Origin: Cyanophyceae cyanobacterium
GTDB taxonomy: Bacteria; Cyanobacteriota; Cyanobacteriia; Cyanobacteriales; Laspinemataceae
DNA: 64,000 nt
Assembly (NCBI GenBank): GCA_038321985.1
Contig: JBBQFN010000005.1
Span: forward strand, 1-64,000
Direction of reading: 5' to 3'
The notes beneath the pieces are model-generated. The model worked only from the letters and a program-made list of their open reading frames with translations, had not been told where the DNA came from and made no database searches. Shown one piece after another: positions 30,654 through 39,267 of this stretch (position 1 is the first letter of the stretch; each line of letters begins with the position of its first letter). The position numbers and the translations under genes were made by a program.

Positions 30654-31820
30654 ATGTATCAAAAACGACACATACTGTCCATTGGACATTCCTATGTAGT
30701 GGCTCTCAACCGCCGACTGGTGAATGAGATGGCCCGTCTAGGGCAGGAGGAGTGGGAAATAACAACAGTAGCACCAGGGTTTATGCAGGGTGACTTGCGA
30801 CCTATGACCTTAGAGGCCGACCCCCATGAAATCTGTAAGCTAGAAGCCTTGCCGGTCTATCTCAGCCAACGCATTCACGTTATGACCTACGGTTGGCAAC
30901 TGAAAGAAATTCTCCAGCAAGGGTGGGACTTGGTGCATTGTTGGGAGGAGCCTTACATTTTGGCTGGAGCACAGGTTGCCTGGTGGACACCAGAAGAAAC
31001 TCCATTGGTGTACTTCACCGCTCAAAGTTACTCCAAGCAATATCCGCGTCCTTTTAAATGGATCGAACGTTACACAATGGACCGTGCGGCCGGATGGATC
31101 TGTTGTGGGCAGAAAATTGCCGAAACTCTCAAACTCCGGCAGGGCTACCCAATTCCCATGCGAGTCATTCCGCATGGTGTGGATATCAACCATTTCTACC
31201 CCGCTCCAGCAGCAGGTTTGCAAATCCGACGCTCCCTCGGGTGGGAAAAACAAGGCCCACCTGTCATCGGATACCTGGGGCGCTTGGTGCCAGAAAAAGG
31301 GTTAGATTTACTCACGGGAGTTTTGGATAAGTTGGAGACGCCTTGGAGAGCGATGTTTGTTGGCACTGGGCCGATGGAAACCGCACTCCGAACCTGGGCA
31401 GAACGACATCGCGATCGCGTGCAGATTTGCACCACCGTCAAACATAACGATGTGCCCCAGTATCTCAACGCAATGGATATCCTCTGCGCTCCCAGTCAAA
31501 CTATGCCCAATTGGCGAGAACAGTTTGGGCGGATGTTAGTCGAGGCATTCGCCTGTGGCGTCCCAGTTATCGGTAGTGACAGTGGCGAAATTCCCTGTGT
31601 GATCCAGGATGCGGGAGTCATTGTGGGTGAAAAAGACGAGCCAGGATGGATTCAGGCGATTTCCGATTTGCTGGAGAGTCCCTCTCGACGCCAAGAACTT
31701 GCTGCCAAAGGTTTGGAGCGGTCGCATACCCTGTATGCTTGGCCAGTCGTGGCTAGGCAGCACTTAGAATTTTTTACAGAACTTCTGGACTCCAAAGCTC
31801 AGTCATCATCCACAATCTAA
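30654..31820 (+). CDS. Glycosyltransferase family 4
   Basis: LGRLVPEKG, EQFGRMLVEAFACG. Confidence 0.92.
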   Translation: MYQKRHILSIGHSYVVALNRRLVNEMARLGQEEWEITTVAPGFMQGDLRPMTLEADPHEICKLEALPVYLSQRIHVMTYGWQLKEILQQGWDLVHCWEEPYILAGAQVAWWTPEETPLVYFTAQSYSKQYPRPFKWIERYTMDRAAGWICCGQKIAETLKLRQGYPIPMRVIPHGVDINHFYPAPAAGLQIRRSLGWEKQGPPVIGYLGRLVPEKGLDLLTGVLDKLETPWRAMFVGTGPMETALRTWAERHRDRVQICTTVKHNDVPQYLNAMDILCAPSQTMPNWREQFGRMLVEAFACGVPVIGSDSGEIPCVIQDAGVIVGEKDEPGWIQAISDLLESPSRRQELAAKGLERSHTLYAWPVVARQHLEFFTELLDSKAQSSSTI

Positions 31821-31833
31821 AATCCAAAATTCA

Positions 31834-32967
31834 ATGCGTCTTGCCATTATCTGTGACTACCCTGAAGAAAATTGGTTGAGCATGAACTTGTGTTCCCAGA
31901 TGCTGCTCAAGCAACTGCAATCGGAACACAGAGGATCCTTTCAAGCCCTACAGGTCTGCCCCCCATTTCGTCCGCGATTCCAGCAGATCCCCAGGCTTAA
32001 TCAAAAACGGTTTGCGTACAATGCAGACCGGCTGCTTAACCGATTTTGGTATTATCCCCGTTATCTAAGCCCACAGGTTTCCCAGTTCGATTTGTTTCAC
32101 GTTGCTGATCACAGCTATGCCCAGTTAGTCCACGCCCTCCCTCCAGAGCGAACGGGAGTCTTCTGTCATGACATTGACGCCTTTCGTTCCCTTGTGGAAC
32201 CGGAGCTAGAGCCAAGACCGGGCTGGTACAAAGCCATGTCCCAGAGAATCTTGGGCGGGTTGCAAAAAGCAGCGGTTGTATTTTATTCAACAGCAGAAGT
32301 GCGGAAACAAATTGAAGCTTACGGCTTAGTGGAACCGCGCCGCCTCATCCACGCTCCTTATGGAATTGCTCCCGAATTTTCACTGACTCACGCTCTGGTA
32401 AGTTCCGCAGACCGAGAGATACTAGGGTCAATTGAAGAAGATCCTTTTATCCTACACGTCGGCAGTTGCGTTCCGCGCAAGCGGATAGACATCCTCTTAG
32501 AAGTATTTGGGCGCTTGCGCGAAACTCATCCCAAGCTGCGGTTGGTCAAGGTCAGCGGTGAGTGGACGGCAAGTCACCAAGAGCAGATCCACCAACTTGA
32601 TCTGGGCAAATCTATTGTCCATCTGCAAGGATTGGAGCGAAAGACCATCGCCGAACTCTACCGCCGAGCTTCCACCGTGCTGGTGACCAGCCAATCGGAA
32701 GGGTTTGGCCTGCCAGTGATAGAAGCCTTGGCCTGTGGGGGCATAGTAGTGGCCAGCAACATTCCTGTTCTGCGGGAGGTGGGTGGGTCTGCTGCTGTGT
32801 ACTGTCCCCCTGGAGATATATGGGCTTGGGTTAAAACAGTTGAGGAATTGTTGGTACATCCTAATAGTGCACCCCCCCTCGAACTGCGTCAGGCTCAAGC
32901 TCAACAATATTCGTGGTCGGCCCATGCCCAAACTATTGCCGAGGCTTATTTACGACTATCTATTTAA
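31834..32967 (+). CDS. Glycosyltransferase family 4
   Basis: HVGSCVPRKR, EGFGLPVIEALACG. Confidence 0.92.
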   Translation: MRLAIICDYPEENWLSMNLCSQMLLKQLQSEHRGSFQALQVCPPFRPRFQQIPRLNQKRFAYNADRLLNRFWYYPRYLSPQVSQFDLFHVADHSYAQLVHALPPERTGVFCHDIDAFRSLVEPELEPRPGWYKAMSQRILGGLQKAAVVFYSTAEVRKQIEAYGLVEPRRLIHAPYGIAPEFSLTHALVSSADREILGSIEEDPFILHVGSCVPRKRIDILLEVFGRLRETHPKLRLVKVSGEWTASHQEQIHQLDLGKSIVHLQGLERKTIAELYRRASTVLVTSQSEGFGLPVIEALACGGIVVASNIPVLREVGGSAAVYCPPGDIWAWVKTVEELLVHPNSAPPLELRQAQAQQYSWSAHAQTIAEAYLRLSI

Positions 32968-32977
32968 ACGAAACCCA

Positions 32978-34255
32978 ATGAAAATTTTGTTTGTCAATCC
33001 CGTAGGAGCGATCGGCGGGGCAGAAAGATCCTTGCTGACTATCATGGCAGCTTTACGAACTGCCGAGCTAAACCTTGAGCTATACCTCATCGCAGGTACC
33101 GAGGGTCCCCTCATCGCCAACGCTGAAAGCCTCGGCGTACAAGTGAAAGTGCTGAAGCTGCCTGATGCAGTCAGCCAACTGGGTGACAGCGCCTTGAAAG
33201 GAAACAGCCCCTTCACCGGGGCATTCAAGTTATTGGTTCGCTCCGCCTGGATTTTACCCGCCCTTGGGCAGTATCTGGTGGACTTTCGGCGATCGCTCCG
33301 GGAAATTAGTCCCGATATTATTCACTCGAATGGGATTAAAGCCCATCTGCTGTCAGCTCTAGCTGGCTTGAAAAAAGTACCTGTTGTTTGGCACATCCGC
33401 GATTTCTACGGTTCTCGACCATTAGTGGCGCGGATGCTGAACTGGGCAAGTGGCAGCGCGGCAGTGGGTATCGCCATTTCTGAAGCAGTGGCTGCCGATG
33501 CAAGGGCAACTCTGCCTCATCTGCCCATTCAAATGATTTACAATGCTGTCGATGTCAATTATTTTTCCCCAGAAGATCCGCAGTTAGAAGACATGAGGGA
33601 GGCAAATACTTCAACTCAAAATACCCTCGGTGACCCCTCCCATCGACCTCTCCGGATTGGCCTAGTCGCCACCTTTGCTCGGTGGAAAGGCCATGATGTT
33701 TTCCTAGAGGCTGCGGCTAATGTTGTTCGCCAGCGCCCGGATTTAAACTTGCGTTTTTACATTATTGGCGGGCCAATTTATAAAACTCAGGGTTCTCAAT
33801 TTTCTGAGGAGGAATTGCGAGACCAAGCGGCAAATCTCCAAATTCAAGACCAGGTGGATTTTCTGGGGTTCCAAGCGGACATCGCCGAGGTTTACCGAGG
33901 GTTGGATGTCGCCGTTCATGCCAGCACGCAACCGGAGCCATTTGGTCTCGCTATTGTGGAAGCGATGGCCTGTGGTAAGGCGGTCATTGTCTCCCAAGCG
34001 GGTGGTGCTGCGGAGTTATTTACCCATAACGTTGATGCGGTGGGGGTACCACCGGGAGATGTCGCCGCTTTATCCGCCGCGATCGCCCATCTGGCTGACA
34101 ATCCTGATCTGCGCCAGTGCCTCGCCGACAATGCCCGCAAAACTGCAACCGAGCGTTTCAATCACACCCGGTTCAGTCAGCAAATTGGGGAACTCTACGA
34201 ACAATTTACCAGGGTCTCCCAAATTGAGGGAACTTCAAAACATAAAATTTTCTAA
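32978..34255 (+). CDS. Glycosyltransferase family 4
   Basis: MKILFVNPVGAIGGAE start at ATG 32978, ARWKGH, EPFGLAIVEAMACG. Confidence 0.92.
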   Translation: MKILFVNPVGAIGGAERSLLTIMAALRTAELNLELYLIAGTEGPLIANAESLGVQVKVLKLPDAVSQLGDSALKGNSPFTGAFKLLVRSAWILPALGQYLVDFRRSLREISPDIIHSNGIKAHLLSALAGLKKVPVVWHIRDFYGSRPLVARMLNWASGSAAVGIAISEAVAADARATLPHLPIQMIYNAVDVNYFSPEDPQLEDMREANTSTQNTLGDPSHRPLRIGLVATFARWKGHDVFLEAAANVVRQRPDLNLRFYIIGGPIYKTQGSQFSEEELRDQAANLQIQDQVDFLGFQADIAEVYRGLDVAVHASTQPEPFGLAIVEAMACGKAVIVSQAGGAAELFTHNVDAVGVPPGDVAALSAAIAHLADNPDLRQCLADNARKTATERFNHTRFSQQIGELYEQFTRVSQIEGTSKHKIF

Positions 34256-34324
34256 GAGAGATCCCCCCAACTCCCCTTAACAAGGGCTTACAAAAGTAGT
34301 TTTTACACTCATAGTGATTTGCCA

Positions 34325-34765
34325 CACTTCCGGTCCCCTCCCCTTGGCAAGGGGAGGGTTAGGGTGGGGTCTCCCCTGACATGGGGATCTCCACGTCACG
34401 CACTCTGAAAGGTTGAAGCGCTTGTATAGAGGCTGGCTCCAACCTCTTTACTTCGTGAAGCGCGATCTCGCCTGTACGAGAAATCTCCGCACTTCCGGTT
34501 CCCTCCCCTTAGCAAGGGGAGGGTTAGGGTGGGGTCTCCCGTGACGTGGAAATCCCCACGTCACGCAAGCTGAAAGGTTGAAGCACCTGTATGGAGGCTG
34601 GTCCACCCTCTTTACTTCGTGACGCGCGATCGCGCCTGTACGAGAAATCTCCACCCACTCCTTCCTGTTGAAGCGCGGTAAGCGCAGCTATCCCGTAGGG
34701 AATCGCGCTTCACCGCCGACACCCCACCCTAACCCTCCCCTTGCTAAGGGGAGGGGACCGGAAGT
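34325..34765. repeat. MITE-like repeat: two tandem ~165-bp units plus an inverted copy of their ~45-bp end
   Basis: Units start at 34325 and 34490 with CACTTCCGGT(C/T)CCCTCCCCTT(G/A)GCAAGGGGAGGGTTAGGGTGGGGT; reverse complement at 34721-34765. Confidence 0.85.
34678..34701. mobile_element. 24-nt insertion in a HIP1 site (SDR5-like very small repeat)
   Basis: GCG|GTAAGCGCAGCTATCCCGTAGGGA|ATCGC; removing it restores the perfect palindrome TGAAGCGCGATCGCGCTTCA. Confidence 0.65.
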
Positions 34766-34839
34766 TCACTTAAATTTGAGACAACTCTCCCTGAACGTAA
34801 ACAACCTACTGACGACCCCACTTGATTTATGGAAATCCC

Positions 34840-36945
34840 TTAAGAACGGGTCGTGTTAATCATGTAATTAGAAGAGACAGTTTTGGCGCTAACACCATTG
34901 ACTACCAATCCTAAAACATTTTGATGAGCCTGCTGCAATAACTCTTTGGAAAAAGTAACATTAACCGAATCGGCCACTCCAGGACGGACCACGAGTAAAA
35001 TTCCATTGGTAATTTTCCCCAAAATCGTAGCATCAGCAGCGACGGTCAGGGGTGGGGTGTCGATGATGACAAAATCATAATTTTGTTGAGCGTAGTCAAT
35101 CAAAACTGCCATTTGACTAGAATCCAGAAGAGCCACGGGGTTAAGGGTAGGTACTCCCGCCGGAATCACTTCTACATTGCGCATCACCGTTCGCACCGCT
35201 TGATTGAATTCGCACTCCCCTAAAAGAACGCTGCTCAACCCGATCTCATTGGGGATATCCCAGATTTCATGCTGACTCGGGTGACGCATATCCCCATCGA
35301 TTAGCAATACCCGGCGACTAAGCTGCGACATGGTAACGGCCAAATTCGATGCGATCGTAGATTTCCCTTCTTTGGGAACTGCACTGGCGACTACGATAAC
35401 TTTGACGGATTGCTGTTCATTCAAAAATTTCATATTAGTCTGAAGCATCCGAAAGGCTTCACTGACTGGGGAATCCGGCGCATTTCTAACAATTAATTCC
35501 GGAATCCTGCGCAGCGGAATGCGGCTGGAAAATAGGGGAATACTGCTGAGTAAGGGATAACCGAGCAGGTTTCGCGCCGCTTGGGGGCTTTTTACGGTTT
35601 TGTCCATGCGCTCTAACAGCAAAGCCGTCGCGCCACCCAGCAAAATCCCCCCTAATATTCCTTGCACCAAATTCATATATTGACGGCTTTTCAGGGGCAA
35701 TGTAGGAACCACAGCCGGGGTGACAACCCGCGCATTCCCCACTTGTTGATTTTCCGCAACTTGAAGTTCCTGGTATCTCTCCAGAAGCCTTTTATAACTC
35801 GTCTCCTTAGCATCGATTTGGCGCTCTAGCTGGCGCTGCTGTAGCTCTAGCTGGGGTAGAGTATTCGCCCGTTGCCTGTAAAATTGCCCTACATTGTCTA
35901 AAGATTGAATTCGCACTTGCAAACTCAACCGTTCCGCTTCTGCTTCTGCCAGCCTACCTAAGAGCCCTTGTTGTAACCCTTGCGGTCTAAGTTGGACAAT
36001 TTTTTCGGGATCGTTGATCTCGATCAATCGTCCTGCAGAACCGACAAAACTTTGGGCTATCCGCTGCTTAAGTTCCTCTTTGAGAATGAGTTCTTGTTCC
36101 TTGAGGTAATCTAGCTGCGGGTGAGCATCGGTCAGGCGCAACCGCTCAACTTCAATTTGTTGCTGAATTTGTTGTAACTGGGCCAGAGCCGGAATGGTTG
36201 TAGGAGACTCCCCCACAATCCCCCCCAATACCGCCTCCTGAGCGCTGACGCCAAACAAGTTACGAACTGACTCCACCCGGGCGGTTTGAGCCGCTAGCTC
36301 TGACTGGGTGGCCGCTCGCTGTTTGTCAAGTTCCGTGAGAATATCCACGGTTGCGGTAGCTTCTGCCTTTAAATCTAAAACTCGATTCAGTTGTTTGAAT
36401 TCTTGGAGTTCTTCTTCCGCGACTTGTAAAGCATCAGAACTCAAGGGCAGCTGTTGCTCGATAAAATTGCTAGCGGCTTTGGTTTCACTCCGATTCGCGT
36501 TGATATCGTTGTCGATATAAACTTTCATGAGGGTGTTGATAATGGCTGCCGCCTTTTTTGGCTCTCCATCTTGATAAGACATCTCTAAAATGTCGGTTCC
36601 CCTAATATTAGTCACGCTCAAATTCCCCACAATTGATTGTGGAGTTTGAGATAAGTTCAAATTTTTTACAGTTTGTTCAGCTAGGGGAACCGACTTGATG
36701 ATAGCTGCTTCGTTTTCCAGGGGGTTACCCCGCACGGAGTTTTCTAGCTGCCCCAAGTTACTGCCCACCCCAGTTAAAGAAGAGGTGCTGTTCTTTTTTA
36801 ATAAAATTTGGCCTGTAGCTTGATAAATAGGAGCCTCATTTAAGGTCCTAAATAAGCTGAGGGCGAAGACCGTTGTAAAAACAAGAGAAGCGGGTAACCA
36901 ATGACGCTTGAAAACCGATAAGTAATGCAAAGATTCGTCTATCAT
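34840..36945 (-). CDS. wzc: Polysaccharide co-polymerase/BY-kinase (Wzc/GumC family)
   Basis: Two TM segments flanking a coiled coil; SEAFRMLQTN, Walker A PKEGKST, A' LIDGDMRHP, B IIDTPP. Confidence 0.92.
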   Translation of the reverse strand: MIDESLHYLSVFKRHWLPASLVFTTVFALSLFRTLNEAPIYQATGQILLKKNSTSSLTGVGSNLGQLENSVRGNPLENEAAIIKSVPLAEQTVKNLNLSQTPQSIVGNLSVTNIRGTDILEMSYQDGEPKKAAAIINTLMKVYIDNDINANRSETKAASNFIEQQLPLSSDALQVAEEELQEFKQLNRVLDLKAEATATVDILTELDKQRAATQSELAAQTARVESVRNLFGVSAQEAVLGGIVGESPTTIPALAQLQQIQQQIEVERLRLTDAHPQLDYLKEQELILKEELKQRIAQSFVGSAGRLIEINDPEKIVQLRPQGLQQGLLGRLAEAEAERLSLQVRIQSLDNVGQFYRQRANTLPQLELQQRQLERQIDAKETSYKRLLERYQELQVAENQQVGNARVVTPAVVPTLPLKSRQYMNLVQGILGGILLGGATALLLERMDKTVKSPQAARNLLGYPLLSSIPLFSSRIPLRRIPELIVRNAPDSPVSEAFRMLQTNMKFLNEQQSVKVIVVASAVPKEGKSTIASNLAVTMSQLSRRVLLIDGDMRHPSQHEIWDIPNEIGLSSVLLGECEFNQAVRTVMRNVEVIPAGVPTLNPVALLDSSQMAVLIDYAQQNYDFVIIDTPPLTVAADATILGKITNGILLVVRPGVADSVNVTFSKELLQQAHQNVLGLVVNGVSAKTVSSNYMINTTRS

Positions 36946-37348
36946 TGTGAGAAGTATTTAAGGATTTCTTCCAATACACTGCTATCAACTACCATCATCC
37001 TAGACGCTCCCTAAATCCATAATTTCTGCAAGTGGGAATTTAGAAAAATAGCCGGATTGCACTCAATGTTAATAACTGATAGGCAGTTAGGCCAAATAAT
37101 TTGCACCCGCTTTACCACCGAAAACTCTGTTCTGCCGTAGATGCAGGAGCCATTTATTTTGACCCTGCACTTAAGAAAGTTCCTAGAATTTCAGGAAAAG
37201 CAATAAAGATCGCAACAATTTTTGTTGAAGCTCCAGGCTTAGTATAAACCGGGCTTTAAAAAGGGTCAAGGGTCCAATTCATGGTGCTGGGTGACGAAGC
37301 AGGGATGCTAGGTGTTCCCCATCGGGTCAGAATTCCTCCGCAAGAAGG

Positions 37349-38140
37349 TCATGGGCTAACAATTGCGGACCATTGTACTTTTTTTTGCCCATCTCGACGA
37401 TAGGAAAAAAAGTTTTCCGGCTCTTGATAGGTACAATGGGGGGCACAGGCAACTTCTTCGGAATTTATTCCCAGTTGCTCTAACTGTAACTGAATGGTTC
37501 GTCGGACATCTAACCGGACTTTTCCGGGTTCGGAATCGGGCAAGATGGGCGAATTGGGGAACCCTTGAACGGTTTTTAAAATGTCATTCGGAGTCTCTAA
37601 ATCAACTAGACTGGCACAGGTTTGGATGGCAACTTCTGTGTTGACTTGATACACTTCGCCGGAGATGGCGGGTCCGATCGCCACTCGTAATTGCTCTAAC
37701 TTACTCCCTCTTGCTAACATTTGTGCGATCGCCACAGGTACGATATTTGCCGCTGTCCCCCGCCATCCTGAATGCAACGCCGCCACCTGTCCCGTCTGGA
37801 TATCCCCAATCAACACCGGGGAACAATCCGCGCTACAAACCCAGATTGCTTCCTGGGACCCTGCACTCATTAACCCGTCTGCTTCTGGTTTCTCTGGAGT
37901 CTCCCCTGCTAATTCGGTTTTCTGGAGGACCTGGGGGGTTAATTTTTCGGTACTGAGGACTTTATTCCCATGTACCTGTTTGACTCGATAAACCACGGCT
38001 GTCGGTTGCAGGACCTCCACCAATTCCTCGGGCGATCGCGGCCAAAATTGCTGGGTGAAGAATCCGTGCGGCCAGGGTTCCAGTAAACTACAGGTCAAAT
38101 AAGGCAGTCCGTTCCAATTCCGCCAGTGCCAAGTATGCAT
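37349..38140 (-). CDS. pgeF: Peptidoglycan editing factor PgeF (YfiH family)
   Basis: KQVHG, ADGL, SADCSPVL, HSGWRG, IGPAI, FFSYRR; ATG at 38140. Confidence 0.92.
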   Translation of the reverse strand: MHTWHWRNWNGLPYLTCSLLEPWPHGFFTQQFWPRSPEELVEVLQPTAVVYRVKQVHGNKVLSTEKLTPQVLQKTELAGETPEKPEADGLMSAGSQEAIWVCSADCSPVLIGDIQTGQVAALHSGWRGTAANIVPVAIAQMLARGSKLEQLRVAIGPAISGEVYQVNTEVAIQTCASLVDLETPNDILKTVQGFPNSPILPDSEPGKVRLDVRRTIQLQLEQLGINSEEVACAPHCTYQEPENFFSYRRDGQKKVQWSAIVSP

Positions 38141-38297
38141 CTTTGGTTTGAGGTTAAACAAATAATCAATGGTTTAAGGACGTGAAGAGCAACACCCTCA
38201 GACTACAACCCCAATTGGAAGAACTCCCAAAATTTTTCATCCTGAATTTCCATTTCATGCTACCTTAAACCACGGACTCTTTACCTAAACTGCTCCT

Positions 38298-39188
38298 GTG
38301 GGCCTGAATCAAGACTACCTAGAAAATATTTTGCGGGGTCTGCGATCGCAGCACACCCTTAATCGGGGGATGACCGACGGGGGTTTCGCCTCATTACCGT
38401 CGTTACTACCGTCATCCCTGGACTTTTCTATCCAGATCTTTGATCAAGTCTCCTCGACCAACGAAACCCTCTGGACCCTACTCGAATGCGGTGCACCCGC
38501 TGGGACTGTGGCAATTGCCACTCGTCAAAGCTCCGGAAAAGGGCAACGGGGACGCCAATGGAAATCATCTCCGGGGGGTCTTTACCTCTCCCTGGCCTTG
38601 ACACCCAACCTCAGCGCCAGCCATGCCCTGCTGCTGACCCTCTGTAGCGCTTGGGGAATTGCGACTACCTTACGCGCTTACAATATCCCGGTTGGGCTGA
38701 AATGGCCTAATGATCTGATTCTCGACGGCTACAAATTGGGGGGCATCCTCACGGAAACCAAAATCCATCAGGGACAAATTACCAAAGCAGTCGTCGGGGT
38801 GGGCATTAATTGGTCCAACCCTGTCCCCGCAACCGGCATCAACTTGCAAACCTTCCTTGGTGACTGCCCTCATCCTGGGATCACATCCCTGGAAATGTTG
38901 GCGGCCCTGACCCTGTGGGCAGTCGCCTCCGGATATCAAACCTTTTATCAGGAAGGAGTAGAGACTTTGCTGCCATCCTACCAAAATCTCATGGTTGGTA
39001 TCGGTCAACCCTTATCGGTAGAGGGCTCGGCAGGGTTTGTGGTAGGAGTCAGCAACACGGGAGAACTGCGAGTTCGCCTGAACGAGTCCCCATCGGGCCC
39101 CAACCACCCATTTACCCGTGCTTCTACTACAGAAATCGAGTTAATGCCCGGTACAATTAACCAGGGGTATCCCCTTCCCAGGGCCTAA
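38298..39188 (+). CDS. birA: Biotin--acetyl-CoA-carboxylase ligase
   Basis: SSTN, QSSGKGQRGRQW, LKWPND, KLGGILTE, GVGIN. Confidence 0.95.
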   Translation: MGLNQDYLENILRGLRSQHTLNRGMTDGGFASLPSLLPSSLDFSIQIFDQVSSTNETLWTLLECGAPAGTVAIATRQSSGKGQRGRQWKSSPGGLYLSLALTPNLSASHALLLTLCSAWGIATTLRAYNIPVGLKWPNDLILDGYKLGGILTETKIHQGQITKAVVGVGINWSNPVPATGINLQTFLGDCPHPGITSLEMLAALTLWAVASGYQTFYQEGVETLLPSYQNLMVGIGQPLSVEGSAGFVVGVSNTGELRVRLNESPSGPNHPFTRASTTEIELMPGTINQGYPLPRA

Positions 39189-39267
39189 CTGCGCGGTCCT
39201 TGCCTTCGGGAACCGTGCGTTGAAACCGTTAATCCTTCTAGGAATCTATAGCCAAGAGCGAATTAAA

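Noticed and set aside
32783..32977. N-terminal extension of the 490-aa glycosyltransferase ORF
   Set aside because: Overlaps the upstream gene; the GT-B fold begins at MKILFVNP (32978)
34325..34652. Possible CRISPR array or small ORFs (34448-34654, 34668-34859)
   Set aside because: The whole 165-bp unit is duplicated, with no unique spacers; the ORFs are translations of the repeat
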